DNA of 64,000 bases, from contig CAZQDR010000003.1 of the NCBI GenBank assembly GCA_964591715.1, forward strand, positions 269-64,268. The letters are read 5' to 3'. The notes under the pieces were generated by a model, which saw nothing but the letters and a program-made list of their open reading frames with translations, did no database searches and was not told the origin of the DNA. Both the position numbers and the translations under genes were made by a program. Origin of the DNA: an uncultured Candidatus Saccharibacteria bacterium. Lineage in GTDB: Bacteria; Patescibacteriota; Minisyncoccia; Phycocordibacterales; JACOZG01. Of the stretch, positions 10,021-19,761 are shown piece after piece; positions within the stretch are counted from its first letter, which is position 1, and each line of letters begins with the position of its first letter.

Positions 10021-10367
10021 AAATTGTAATAACTAATAAATTTAAACACCAAAACCTGGTGATCCATTTTAGCTTCGACAGTCACTAAAATTTCTCACCA
10101 TTTTCTAAATTTTACTAATCCTTCAAGCTAGCAGCCTAGGCCCTGTTCGACATGGCCCCGCCCACCAGAGAGAAGGTTAATAAACAATGGAACTTAATTA
10201 AGTGGATTTCAGATGAATCGGACATTCAGTAATTATTTAATTTTCAACGTTCCACCAAGACGGAAAAAACTGCCGTATCTGTTTGAGTAATTATAGTATT
10301 AGAGCCCCCCTAGCTGCAAATCCGGTGTGGATAAACCTCTTCAGTGAGGCGCTAATACTGCCTAAGC

Positions 10368-10396
10368 ACTATATACCAAATGACGAGCTAAGTCAA
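10368..10396 (-). promoter_or_regulatory. sigma70-type promoter TTGACT-17-TATAGT driving a ~350 nt leader toward the surface protein gene
   Basis: minus-strand -35 at 10391-10396, -10 at 10368-10373. Confidence 0.45.
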
Positions 10397-10405
10397 CGGC
10401 GATCT

Positions 10406-11059
10406 CTAGGGTATTAAGCGGTAGCGACTCCAGCGGCGATCACCTTCGCGCGAGACCTGACCCAGGCGAACCAAGTCAGATAATTCGCGCTGAACAGTCT
10501 TGTTGCTAACAGCTGGAACAGCTTGAGAAATGTCCTTTATGGATGATTCGCCGTGACTTTTTAAAAAGCGCAAAATCTGATCGCGGCGCGAACTGGCCGC
10601 CTCAGTTGCCTTAACGGGCAGGCTCGGTCGAGGCTCAATTTGTCTCTTAACTGGCTCCGGACTAGCGGGTATAGCGGCTGGGGACTTATTCTCGACCAAA
10701 TAAGGCGTGAGACTGGGTAACGGCTCGGCAATTACCGCCTGTTTCTCGCGCAGCAAAAGCTCTCCCAAACTTTGGTACTCTTGCTTCAAAATCGTCAGAT
10801 TCATCTCGGAAACTTGATGGGCCAAGAGCGCAATATCCAAGTAGCCAACCATCTGATTGATCGCGGAAAGTGAACCCTCGGGAGTGAGGGGGTTGATCTG
10901 CTTAGCAACAGCCAAAGCTTGCTCCCGCAAATGCCATTTGAGGGGGTCATTATCGTGCAAAAAACCACTAATTAGATAAGTGGCGCTGGCCAGCTTTTGG
11001 GCCTTTAAGACAGCCATTTCCTTTACGTTGTCTTTTAGATTATTGTCCTTTTGCTCCAT
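10406..11059 (-). CDS. putative DNA-binding regulator with C-terminal winged helix
   Basis: 217 aa; C-terminal SIKDISQAVPAVSNKTVQRELSDLVRLGQV wHTH-like; divergent from ftsK. Confidence 0.45.
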   Translation of the reverse strand: MEQKDNNLKDNVKEMAVLKAQKLASATYLISGFLHDNDPLKWHLREQALAVAKQINPLTPEGSLSAINQMVGYLDIALLAHQVSEMNLTILKQEYQSLGELLLREKQAVIAEPLPSLTPYLVENKSPAAIPASPEPVKRQIEPRPSLPVKATEAASSRRDQILRFLKSHGESSIKDISQAVPAVSNKTVQRELSDLVRLGQVSREGDRRWSRYRLIP

Positions 11060-11087
11060 GGCTTTTATATGTCCTTTATTATATATA

Positions 11088-11105
11088 GGACAAAACGTTT
11101 TGTCC
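11088..11105. promoter_or_regulatory. perfect 18-bp palindrome ggacaaaac|gttttgtcc (candidate operator) overlapping ftsK -35
   Basis: seen directly; adjacent second inverted repeat tgtcct-N11-aggaca (11069-11091). Confidence 0.5.
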
Positions 11106-11126
11106 AGTGGACGCTAGTGTTATACT
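11099..11126 (+). promoter_or_regulatory. ftsK promoter (TTTGTC-16-TATACT), near-leaderless transcript
   Basis: TATACT 11121-11126, ATG at 11136. Confidence 0.45.
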
Positions 11127-11135
11127 AATAGGCAC

Positions 11136-13352
11136 ATGGCCCGCCCCAAGAAGAAAGCTGCTAAAAAAGCAGTCGAGAAAGCCGAACCCGCCGCCCCGCT
11201 TTTGAAGACGGAAACGCTCCACGGCATCCTAGCGGTGGCCTGCTTTGCGGCAGCCCTGTTCTTCCTCTTATCGGCCACCCCCTACGCCGGGGCGGCAGGT
11301 GAGTTTACCTACAACTTCTTTGCCAAAATGTTCGGCACCGGCTTCTACGCTATCCCGATTGTCTTGGCGCTTTTGGGTATCTCCTTTATCCGATTGGTTC
11401 GACCCAACTTTGTGGTAGTTCGCCTAGTCGCTGGCCTAGTTTCCTTTATCGCCTTCCTGGCCATTATTAGTACGGTCTTCCATAACTCCGCCTCCGTCAG
11501 CGGTGGCGTCATTGGCACAGCGATCGCCAGTCCCCTCACCCAACTCTTTAATATCTACAGCCTAGTGCTGCTCTTCGCCCTGGTGATTATTTCGCAACTC
11601 GTCCTCTTTGATACTCACATCCGACGTCACTGGTTTACCCCCTGGCGCTACTTCCGCCGGGCCGAGATTGGCGAGGGAGAAGTAGGTATTACTCTCGCCC
11701 CTGATGCCATGGTTCCCAGCCTAGAAGCCGCGCCAGTAATGGCAGCCGCCACCAAGGAAGAAGAAATTAAAACCGAGAGCAAGCCGCTTAAAACTACCGA
11801 GCCGCCCACCGAGGAAGAGTCCATCTTTTCGCGCTTAACCAGCTTTGGTGGTAAGCGTTCTTACAATACAGAGTTCACTCCCCCGCCACTTAATCTTTTA
11901 GAGCACGATAGTGGCAAGCCGGGCGCCGGTGACATTAAAGCTAACGCCAATATCATTAAGCGGACGCTCCAGAACTTTGGCATCATGGTGGAAATGGATG
12001 AAGTGTCTATCGGTCCCTCCATTACTCGCTACGCCTTAAAACCAGCCGAGGGCGTTAAGCTCTCGCGCATTCTGGCTCTCCAAAATGATCTCTCGCTGGC
12101 CCTCGCCGCTCACCCAATTCGAATCGAAGCGCCAATCCCCGGCAAGTCACTGGTGGGTATCGAAATTCCTAACCGCACCAAATCAATTGTGGGCTTGGCG
12201 TCACTAATTGGTAGCAAAGAATTTAGCGAGTCACCTAACCCGCTCATGGTCTCGCTCGGCCGCGGCATTACTGGTATCTCCCACTTTGCCAACGTGGCTA
12301 AAGCGCCCCACTTACTGATCGCTGGTACTACCGGCTCGGGTAAATCGGTCGTTATCCACACCTTTATTACCTCCCTGCTTTATCGCAACGCTCCAGACCA
12401 ACTGCGCTTTATTATGATTGACCCTAAGCGCGTCGAGTTAACGCTCTATAATAAGATCCCCCACCTGCTTACCCCCGTGGTCACTGATCCAAAAAAGGCG
12501 ATCATGGTCTTAAAGTGGGCCATTAAGGAAATGGAACGGCGTTACAACCTGCTTGAGCAACATACCGTCCGCGACATTCAGTCGTATCACAAAAACATTC
12601 TGGAACCCGCCTACTCTCAAGTGGCCGGCCGCACCCTAACGCCCGAGGAGGAGACCGCCCTGCCGGAGAAGATGCCTTATATCGTCGTTATCATTGATGA
12701 GTTGGCCGATATCATGTCCACCTATCCACGCGAACTCGAGGCCGCTATTGTACGCCTCGCCCAAATGTCACGCGCCATCGGTATCCACTTAGTCCTCTCA
12801 ACCCAGCGACCGTCGGTGGAGGTTATTACTGGTTTGATTAAAGCTAACATTCCCACTCGGATCGCTCTCCAAGTCGCCTCGCAAATTGATTCCCGCACGA
12901 TTTTGGATATGGCTGGCGCCGAGAAGCTCTTAGGTTCGGGTGACATGCTCTACCTCTCGGGTGAAATGTCGAAGCCAAACCGCCTCCAGAGTGCCTTTAT
13001 CTCTGAAGAGGAGGTTAAAAAAGTGGTTGGTTATCTGGCCACAAACTATGGCGACCAAGCCGCTGACGAATTAGCCCTCAATACCGCTGAGGCTGGACCA
13101 TTTACCAGTGTTGACCTTGAGGACGACGGTGGTGGCGAAGGTGATGATGACGAACTTTACGAGGAAGCCCGCGAGATTGTCATTAAGGCTGGCAAAGCCT
13201 CCGCCTCCTACTTACAACGCAAATTAAAAGTGGGCTATGCCCGCGCTGCTCGCCTACTCGATATGCTGGAAGAGCGCGGCGTCATTGGTCCTGGCGAAGG
13301 AGCTAAACAACGAGAAGTCTATGAGAAAGATACTGCGCCGACTGAGTTCTAA
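11136..13352 (+). CDS. ftsK: DNA translocase FtsK/SpoIIIE
   Basis: 738 aa; N-terminal TMs, Walker A GTTGSGKS, Walker B VVIIDELAD, C-terminal gamma wHTH. Confidence 0.9.
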   Translation: MARPKKKAAKKAVEKAEPAAPLLKTETLHGILAVACFAAALFFLLSATPYAGAAGEFTYNFFAKMFGTGFYAIPIVLALLGISFIRLVRPNFVVVRLVAGLVSFIAFLAIISTVFHNSASVSGGVIGTAIASPLTQLFNIYSLVLLFALVIISQLVLFDTHIRRHWFTPWRYFRRAEIGEGEVGITLAPDAMVPSLEAAPVMAAATKEEEIKTESKPLKTTEPPTEEESIFSRLTSFGGKRSYNTEFTPPPLNLLEHDSGKPGAGDIKANANIIKRTLQNFGIMVEMDEVSIGPSITRYALKPAEGVKLSRILALQNDLSLALAAHPIRIEAPIPGKSLVGIEIPNRTKSIVGLASLIGSKEFSESPNPLMVSLGRGITGISHFANVAKAPHLLIAGTTGSGKSVVIHTFITSLLYRNAPDQLRFIMIDPKRVELTLYNKIPHLLTPVVTDPKKAIMVLKWAIKEMERRYNLLEQHTVRDIQSYHKNILEPAYSQVAGRTLTPEEETALPEKMPYIVVIIDELADIMSTYPRELEAAIVRLAQMSRAIGIHLVLSTQRPSVEVITGLIKANIPTRIALQVASQIDSRTILDMAGAEKLLGSGDMLYLSGEMSKPNRLQSAFISEEEVKKVVGYLATNYGDQAADELALNTAEAGPFTSVDLEDDGGGEGDDDELYEEAREIVIKAGKASASYLQRKLKVGYARAARLLDMLEERGVIGPGEGAKQREVYEKDTAPTEF

Positions 13353-13671
13353 ACATCTGATTGTTCTCGGGTTTATCTTCATTATTGTTGGCTATGCTAG
13401 CTACCAGATGTACGGCATCGCCAGTGGCCCAGTTCTCAAGATAACCGCTCCCTCGCCCGCGACTACGGTCAATTCGCCGCTGGTCACGGTTAGCGGCCAG
13501 GCTAAGCGCATTGCCCACATCTATTTAAATAACTCCCAAATCTTTACTGATGAGTCTGGTAACTTTAAAGAGAAATTGTTGCTCGCTCCGGGATATAATA
13601 TACTTAAATTAGCTGTTACTGATAAGTTCGGTCGATACGTCGAAAAGAAATTAGAAGTCGTCTACAATTAA
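13321..13671 (+). CDS. small membrane-anchored protein (overlaps ftsK 3' end by 32 nt)
   Basis: ORF 13237..13671; ATG MRKIL at 13321; one TM then beta-rich domain. Confidence 0.5.
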   Translation: MRKILRRLSSKHLIVLGFIFIIVGYASYQMYGIASGPVLKITAPSPATTVNSPLVTVSGQAKRIAHIYLNNSQIFTDESGNFKEKLLLAPGYNILKLAVTDKFGRYVEKKLEVVYN

Positions 13672-13681
13672 TATATACACT

Positions 13682-14698
13682 ATGGCAAAAAAAGCGCCCC
13701 GCGAAGATTTATCCGGGGCTGGTATTGAGGATACAATTCGTTCGATTGAGACCAAGTTCGGCGAGGGTTCGATTATGAAGCTGGGCGAGAAGCCCAAGGT
13801 TGACGTCGGCGCCGTCTCCACCGGCTCGGTCAGTTTAGATATGGCTTTAGGCATTGGCGGTCTCCCTCGCGGCCGCATTATTGAAATTTACGGACCCGAA
13901 TCATCCGGTAAAACGACGCTCGCCCTGCACGTCGTCGCTCAAGCCCAAAAGCTGGGTGGCGTTTGTGCTTATATTGATGCCGAGCACGCCCTAGACCCCG
14001 AGTATACGAAGAAGATCGGCGTTAAAATTGAAGACTTGCTGATCTCGCAACCAGACTACGGCGAGCAAGCTTTGGAAATCTCGGAAAGCTTAATCCGCTC
14101 TGGCAAAATTGATGTCATTGTCATTGACTCCGTTGCCGCTCTGACCCCTAAAGATGAGATCGAGGGCGACGTGGGAGCATATCATGTGGGCAAGCAGGCC
14201 CGACTCATGAGCCAAGCGCTCCGCAAAATGACCGCTATCGTTGCCAAGTCCAAAACCGTCGTGATCTTTATCAATCAGATTCGCATGCAAATCGGCGTCA
14301 TGTTTGGCAATCCGGAGACTACACCAGGTGGCAAGGCACTTAAGTTTTACGCTTCGGTCCGACTGGATATCCGCCGCATTGCTCAAATCAAGAAGGGTGA
14401 AGAAATTGTTGGTGGCCGGGTCCGAGTGAAGGTCGTGAAGAACAAGGTGGCGGCACCATTTAAGATTGGCGAGTTCGATGTTCTTTACAACGAGGGCATC
14501 TCCCCCGAAGGGGAAATTATTGCGCTTGGCGAGAAATCTGGTATTATCTCGAAGTCTGGGTCGTCCTACGCCTACGGTGAGATTAAACTCGGTCGCGGCT
14601 ATGACGCGGCTCGGACCTACTTGAAGGAGAATCCTAAACTTCAGAAAGAATTATTACAGAAGATTAAGGCCGCTTTGGCCGCCGAACAACAAGCATAG
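13682..14698 (+). CDS. recA: recombinase RecA
   Basis: 338 aa; [10 protein letters not shown]-loop, canonical RecA core. Confidence 0.95.
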   Translation: MAKKAPREDLSGAGIEDTIRSIETKFGEGSIMKLGEKPKVDVGAVSTGSVSLDMALGIGGLPRGRIIEIYGPESSGKTTLALHVVAQAQKLGGVCAYIDAEHALDPEYTKKIGVKIEDLLISQPDYGEQALEISESLIRSGKIDVIVIDSVAALTPKDEIEGDVGAYHVGKQARLMSQALRKMTAIVAKSKTVVIFINQIRMQIGVMFGNPETTPGGKALKFYASVRLDIRRIAQIKKGEEIVGGRVRVKVVKNKVAAPFKIGEFDVLYNEGISPEGEIIALGEKSGIISKSGSSYAYGEIKLGRGYDAARTYLKENPKLQKELLQKIKAALAAEQQA

Positions 14699-14701
14699 CC
14701 T

Positions 14702-15277
14702 ATGGCGTCAATTGATTATAGTGAGGTAAAAGAGCGCCGCCACATCGTTTTGGATGGCGAACCGTACGAAGTTTTATCAAGCCACGTCTTTCGCAAACAA
14801 CAGCGCAAGCCGGTTAATGCGACGAAATTAAAAAACCTGATCACCGGCAAAGTGCGCGAGCACTCGTTCCACGTTAGCGATCAGGTCGAAGTGGCCGAAC
14901 TGAACGAGAAAGAAGTAATTTATTTGTATAATCACCGCGGTGAGTTTTGGTTTTGTGATGCCAGCAACAAGTCTAATCGCTTTGAACTGCCCGACAAGCT
15001 GGTTGGCGAACAAATGAAGTTCACCAAACCCAACACCACGATCTCCCTGCTCTCCTTTGGCGACCTGCCGATTGGCGTTAAAACGCCCGTGAAGGTGGAG
15101 TTGCGGGTAAAAGAGGCCGCGCCAGCCGTTAAGGGCAACACCGTCCAAGGTGGTACCAAACGGGTCATCCTAGAGACCGGCGCCGAGATGGACGTCCCAA
15201 TGTTCATTAACGAAGGTGATGTTTTGGTCATCAATACCAACACCGGCGAGTACGTTGAACGCTTAGGTAAGAAGTAA
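14702..15277 (+). CDS. efp: translation elongation factor P
   Basis: 191 aa; EF-P N-terminal KOW-like GKVREHSF region and OB domains. Confidence 0.85.
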   Translation: MASIDYSEVKERRHIVLDGEPYEVLSSHVFRKQQRKPVNATKLKNLITGKVREHSFHVSDQVEVAELNEKEVIYLYNHRGEFWFCDASNKSNRFELPDKLVGEQMKFTKPNTTISLLSFGDLPIGVKTPVKVELRVKEAAPAVKGNTVQGGTKRVILETGAEMDVPMFINEGDVLVINTNTGEYVERLGKK

Positions 15278-15289
15278 ACCTCTCTCACT

Positions 15290-15338
15290 AAAAAACCGCC
15301 CCGTTAAATCTGAACAAATTTAACGGGGCGGTTTTTTA
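15290..15338. terminator. bidirectional rho-independent terminator between efp(+) and rpsR(-)
   Basis: 15-bp stem accgccccgttaaat/atttaacggggcggt flanked by A5 and T6. Confidence 0.8.
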
Positions 15339-15344
15339 GTTGAC

Positions 15345-15545
15345 TTAGCGTGAGATGAACGGCAAGAGTGCCAAATGACGAGCGCGTTTTACTGCCTCGG
15401 TCAGCTTGCGCTGGTGGTTAGAGCAGTTGTTTGAGCGTTTGTGATTAACAATTTTGGCGTACGGATCAATAAACTTCTTTAAAAGTTCAGTGTCCTTGTA
15501 ATCAATATACTTAATATTATTCGTGCAAAAGTGACAGTATTTCAT
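15345..15545 (-). CDS. rpsR: 30S ribosomal protein S18
   Basis: 66 aa; ...KRSNNCSNHQRKLTEAVKRARHLALLPF S18 C-terminus. Confidence 0.9.
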   Translation of the reverse strand: MKYCHFCTNNIKYIDYKDTELLKKFIDPYAKIVNHKRSNNCSNHQRKLTEAVKRARHLALLPFISR

Positions 15546-15548
15546 AAA

Positions 15549-15998
15549 TTAGAATGGGATATCGTCAGGGTTAATGTCTTCCTCGGGGTACTCGATCGTC
15601 TTGACCGTCTCACGGGGGGCCTCGCCGGTCCCGGCCGCCGCGGCGGCGGGAGCACCACTGGGAGCGGCGCCGCCCTTGGGTCCAAACTGAACGCGGTCAG
15701 CGACGATCTCGGTCCGGTACTGCTTCTTGCCATCCTTATCGTCCCAGCTGCGGGTTTGGAGTCGGCCTTCAATCAACAGCGAGTTACCTTTCTTCATGTA
15801 CTGCGAGACATTCTCCGCTTGGCTACCGAAAACCACGACGTTGTGATACTGGGTGTCCTCCTGGCGAGCACCGTTCTTGTCGCGCCAGACGCGATTAGTG
15901 GCCATCCCCATCGTGCAAACCTTAATGCCTGACGGCAATGACTTGAGTTCGGGATCGCGGGTCAGATTACCAATCAAAATAACTTTGTTAAGATACAT
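15549..15998 (-). CDS. ssb: single-stranded DNA-binding protein
   Basis: 149 aa; OB fold, Gly/Pro/Ala tail ending DDIPF. Confidence 0.9.
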   Translation of the reverse strand: MYLNKVILIGNLTRDPELKSLPSGIKVCTMGMATNRVWRDKNGARQEDTQYHNVVVFGSQAENVSQYMKKGNSLLIEGRLQTRSWDDKDGKKQYRTEIVADRVQFGPKGGAAPSGAPAAAAAGTGEAPRETVKTIEYPEEDINPDDIPF

Positions 15999-16001
15999 AG
16001 T

Positions 16002-16505
16002 TTATTTATTTGGCGTTAAGAGACTATCAATCTCTTTATCAATGGCCTCGTCGGTCATGACGGCCGGCTTGGCCTCCGCCTCCACACTACCCTCAGGGAC
16101 CAAGACGCTTTTAGCAGCGGCTGGTGGTGGAATGCGGCGTTCGACCTTCTTATTATAATCCTTCGGCAAGATGATAAGGAGCGTGCGGACCAATTCAACA
16201 ATCTTCTTTAAATCATTAGTAAACGAAACGATTGACTCTGATCCTAGTTCAAAACGGATTGAACCAAAGTAAGACTCCTTAAACGTACTGGACTTGTGCT
16301 CCACAACTTGGCGAATTGGGTAAGCGAGAGCCATCATTTTGGGTCCGGTCTCCTCCTTTAGCTTAGCGCCAATCTTAGTAAGTTGGGCTTTGATTTTACT
16401 CTCGACCAATTCGAGCACCTTCTCCTCAGGCAATAACGGGGTTACTAAATAACCTAACTCGTAGGTCTTGACGCTCTTGGCGTTAATATCATCTTGTTTT
16501 TCCAT
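16002..16505 (-). CDS. rpsF: 30S ribosomal protein S6 with C-terminal extension
   Basis: ORF 16002..16541; S6-like YELGYLV...MALAYPI core; rpsF-ssb-rpsR order. Confidence 0.7.
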   Translation of the reverse strand: MEKQDDINAKSVKTYELGYLVTPLLPEEKVLELVESKIKAQLTKIGAKLKEETGPKMMALAYPIRQVVEHKSSTFKESYFGSIRFELGSESIVSFTNDLKKIVELVRTLLIILPKDYNKKVERRIPPPAAAKSVLVPEGSVEAEAKPAVMTDEAIDKEIDSLLTPNK

Positions 16506-16510
16506 TGCGG

Positions 16511-17284
16511 CTATAGTAGCAAAGACGGGAGATAATTGCAAATAGCGTTATTTAGAGTCGCCTTAAGCAGGCTCTCGGTCGAAATACCCTTAATTTGAGC
16601 CATCTTTTCGATAGTCGCTAAAACATGGAGCGGCTCATTCCGCTGGCCCCTAAAGGGTACCGGCGAGACATAGGGTGAATCGGTCTCGGCCATTAGTCGA
16701 TCTAAGGGCACCAGTTTAATTAGCTCATCGTAATCGGTGGTAAAAGTGATCACACCAGTAAATGACAGAGTAAAACCTAAGTCGAGAAACTGCTTTGCCT
16801 GGTCAGTGTTACCGGCAAAGAAGTGGGCGTTGCCTCGAGCCGCCGGAAAGTTTTTTAAAATCGCTAAGACATCATCGTAAGAATCGCGAATATGCAGCAT
16901 TAGCGGCTTGGCCAATTTAATCGCCAGCGCAATCTGCCACTCAAAGGCCGCTCGCTGTCGCTCTTTGGTGGCCGCGACATCATCAGTTAGTCTAAAATAG
17001 TCCAAGCCGCACTCCCCGATGGCCACCACTTTCTCGTGACTAGCCAGTTGCTCAAGCGCTGTCCACGCCGCTTCATCCAAGCCCGCAATCTCGTCCGGAT
17101 GAACGCCAACGGTCGCATAAAAATTGGGATTAGTCGTCAAAGCCACCACCGCCTCGGAACTTTTTAAATCGGTACCCACATTGATCACGCCGCAATCCGC
17201 AGCCACCGTCCGAGCGATCACCGCCTCGCGGTCAGCCTCAAAAGCGGCATCATTGAGGTGGGCATGGATATCAATTAATTTCAT
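16511..17284 (-). CDS. tatD: TatD-family metal-dependent hydrolase/DNase
   Basis: 257 aa; IDIHAHL start, TatD motifs. Confidence 0.85.
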   Translation of the reverse strand: MKLIDIHAHLNDAAFEADREAVIARTVAADCGVINVGTDLKSSEAVVALTTNPNFYATVGVHPDEIAGLDEAAWTALEQLASHEKVVAIGECGLDYFRLTDDVAATKERQRAAFEWQIALAIKLAKPLMLHIRDSYDDVLAILKNFPAARGNAHFFAGNTDQAKQFLDLGFTLSFTGVITFTTDYDELIKLVPLDRLMAETDSPYVSPVPFRGQRNEPLHVLATIEKMAQIKGISTESLLKATLNNAICNYLPSLLL

Positions 17285-17862
17285 GAAAATAAAGTCACCG
17301 CTTTAGCCACCTCGTCTTTAATGCCATCAATACAATCATAAGCCGCCACCTCGGCGACGTTGACCCAAGCAAAATCAGTAAAACCGCCCACCTCCGGCTT
17401 CACTTCCCCACTTCGATACTTGGCGGCAAATTTAACCAACATTACCGGTGTTTCGTCTGGTCGGACAAACGCGACGCTATTAATATATTTTAAATCTGGA
17501 TCAATCTCGATCCCCGCTTCCTCTCGCGTCTCCCGCACCAGCAAATCCTCCACCGCGTTCTCAAAATCAATCACCTCGCCATTTAAACGCGTGGGCCGCT
17601 CCAGCGGTAAGTCCTTCCATTCTAATTTACCGCCGGGCGTGGCCCACTTGCCGGGGTGGACCTTCTCGCGCGGGTCGCGTTTTAAAAGCAGGCAGCGACC
17701 GTCGCTCTCCCGATAGACCAACACATTGGCGACAAAATAAAACAGCTTCTCCGGTTTAGCATTATCAATACTGATCTTCTGGGCAGGCATAATTAAATTA
17801 ACTTTGTCTGGTTCCGCACCACGGGCAGAACCAAATCTTTTTATTTTTTGGCGCATCACCAA
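17281..17862 (-). CDS. NUDIX hydrolase
   Basis: Nudix box GGKLEW...E.LLRETREEAGIE. Confidence 0.8.
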   Translation of the reverse strand: MVMRQKIKRFGSARGAEPDKVNLIMPAQKISIDNAKPEKLFYFVANVLVYRESDGRCLLLKRDPREKVHPGKWATPGGKLEWKDLPLERPTRLNGEVIDFENAVEDLLVRETREEAGIEIDPDLKYINSVAFVRPDETPVMLVKFAAKYRSGEVKPEVGGFTDFAWVNVAEVAAYDCIDGIKDEVAKAVTLFS

Positions 17863-17918
17863 TTGACCACCATTTTTTACACTTAAAGCAAGTAAAGTGG
17901 GTCAGAACTTCTATGCTT

Positions 17919-18323
17919 TTAAATTTTGATTTTATTTTCATTTATCAAAGATTTAAAGTAATTATCCAGATCATCAATTTTCACCAATTCGTCCTTGGTT
18001 AACCATTGGTACATATCATTTTCGGAAGTATCTAGTCTGACTGTTCCGAAGGCCTGACCGACATATGTCAGTCGGACAACGTGGCGATCGTTTTTTAAAA
18101 TATCTTGAGCGGCTACAAGTTCACACTCTTTAAGCTCTAGGCCCGTTTCCTCCTCGACTTCTCGCTTGAGATTTTCCAAAAGAGCTGTGCCGGGATTAAT
18201 TCGCCCACCAACAATATCCCACCGACCATTTACCTCTGGATACTTTTCGAGCGAGCGGCGCAAAAGAAGATACTCTCCCTTTTGATTCTTCAAAAGCACT
18301 TTTACTCCGACTTGTAGTTCCAT
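17919..18323 (-). CDS. NUDIX hydrolase
   Basis: Nudix box GGRINPGTALLENLKREVEEETGLEL. Confidence 0.8.
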   Translation of the reverse strand: MELQVGVKVLLKNQKGEYLLLRRSLEKYPEVNGRWDIVGGRINPGTALLENLKREVEEETGLELKECELVAAQDILKNDRHVVRLTYVGQAFGTVRLDTSENDMYQWLTKDELVKIDDLDNYFKSLINENKIKI

Positions 18324-18324
18324 A

Positions 18325-19761
18325 TTACTTTCTTAAAAAGAGGGGCTCGGCGGGCATTTGGTTGGCAGTAATCAAATCTTGAATAGTCTTGGCGGTTGCT
18401 GGCATAAACGGTCGGAGCTCCCCACCGATCTCCCAAAGTCCGGACAATAGTTCTTTGATTATTTCTTTAGCTTTGATCTCGTCAGTTTTAATCAATTTAA
18501 ACGGCTCGGTGGTTTGGATTTTCAAATCTAACTCACTAATCTTTTTCCAAATTTCTTCAATCGCTTTTTGAATATCAAAATTATCTAAATTTGCGCTCGT
18601 TAAACTTTTCACTTCGCTTGTTTTGATTTGAACATTATTCGTCGTGGCCATTTTCATCACTCGACTAACCAGGTTGCCCAAGCCATTAGCTAAGCCGGCA
18701 TTGTAGGCCTCCTTAAAACGCTCAAGCGTCACCGGTGAATCTTCAAACGGATTAATATGCCGCGCGATAAAATAGCGCACCGCCTCGGTACCATATTCGG
18801 CGACTAGGTCCAGAGGATTAATCGTGTTACCCAAACTCTTCGACATTTTTTGCCCACCTTCGGCAGTGACGAAGCCGCGGATAATTATTTGTTTCGAAGG
18901 TGGCAGTTGGGCTGACATCAGCATGGCCTGCCACATTGCGGCCTGCTGCCGCAAGTTATCTTTACCGGCCAGTTGGATCACTGGCCACCACTGCTCAAAC
19001 TTTTTTTGATCAGTGGGCCAACCGATCGCCGAAATATAATTCACTAACGCATCAAACCAAACGTACATCACCTGCCTACCGGCAGGCAGGCTTGCTTCCT
19101 CATCGGGCACGGGTACTCCCCAAGGCATTTTGCTGGCCAGGCGTGAGATACTAAAATCTTCTAGTCCCCGCTCCACAAAAGCTTTGATTTCACCGAAGCG
19201 CGAAGCCGGAACAACGAAATCAGGGCGTTCAGAATAAAGTTTTAAAAGCGGCGCCTGATATTTGGAAAATTTGAAGAAATAATTTTCCTCATCAATTATT
19301 TCCAGCTCCAAATTTGGATGGATCGGACATTTCCCCTCGACCAACTCCGACTCAGTCTTCTCTAACTCGCAGCCCACGCAATACTTAATCTGGTAGGTTT
19401 TTTTATAAATATCCCCCGCCGACGCGCAACGCCGCCAAAACTCCTGCGCGGCGGCAACGTGAGCCGCGTCAGTGGTGCGGATGAAATTGACTTGGTTCCA
19501 AATCCCGAGCGCTGGGATCAGCTCCTTAAACTTAGCCGCAAAGCCGTCCACATACTGCTGGGGTTCCACCTCCGCCGCCAGCGCGTTACGATAAACTTTT
19601 AAGCCATGTTCGTCGGTGCCGGTGTTTAAAAAAACCGCTGCTCCTTTAAGCAGTTGGTAGCGGGCAAGAATGTCAGCGTGGACTAGCTCGGCAGCAAAGC
19701 CGATATGGGGATCGGCGTTAACGTAAGGTAAGGTCGTGGTCAGGTAAATTTTATTCGGCAT
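18325..19761 (-). CDS. metG: methionyl-tRNA synthetase (short form)
   Basis: ORF to 19794; start at MPNKI (19761); HIGH motif PHIGFA, KMSKS. Confidence 0.9.
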   Translation of the reverse strand: MPNKIYLTTTLPYVNADPHIGFAAELVHADILARYQLLKGAAVFLNTGTDEHGLKVYRNALAAEVEPQQYVDGFAAKFKELIPALGIWNQVNFIRTTDAAHVAAAQEFWRRCASAGDIYKKTYQIKYCVGCELEKTESELVEGKCPIHPNLELEIIDEENYFFKFSKYQAPLLKLYSERPDFVVPASRFGEIKAFVERGLEDFSISRLASKMPWGVPVPDEEASLPAGRQVMYVWFDALVNYISAIGWPTDQKKFEQWWPVIQLAGKDNLRQQAAMWQAMLMSAQLPPSKQIIIRGFVTAEGGQKMSKSLGNTINPLDLVAEYGTEAVRYFIARHINPFEDSPVTLERFKEAYNAGLANGLGNLVSRVMKMATTNNVQIKTSEVKSLTSANLDNFDIQKAIEEIWKKISELDLKIQTTEPFKLIKTDEIKAKEIIKELLSGLWEIGGELRPFMPATAKTIQDLITANQMPAEPLFLRK

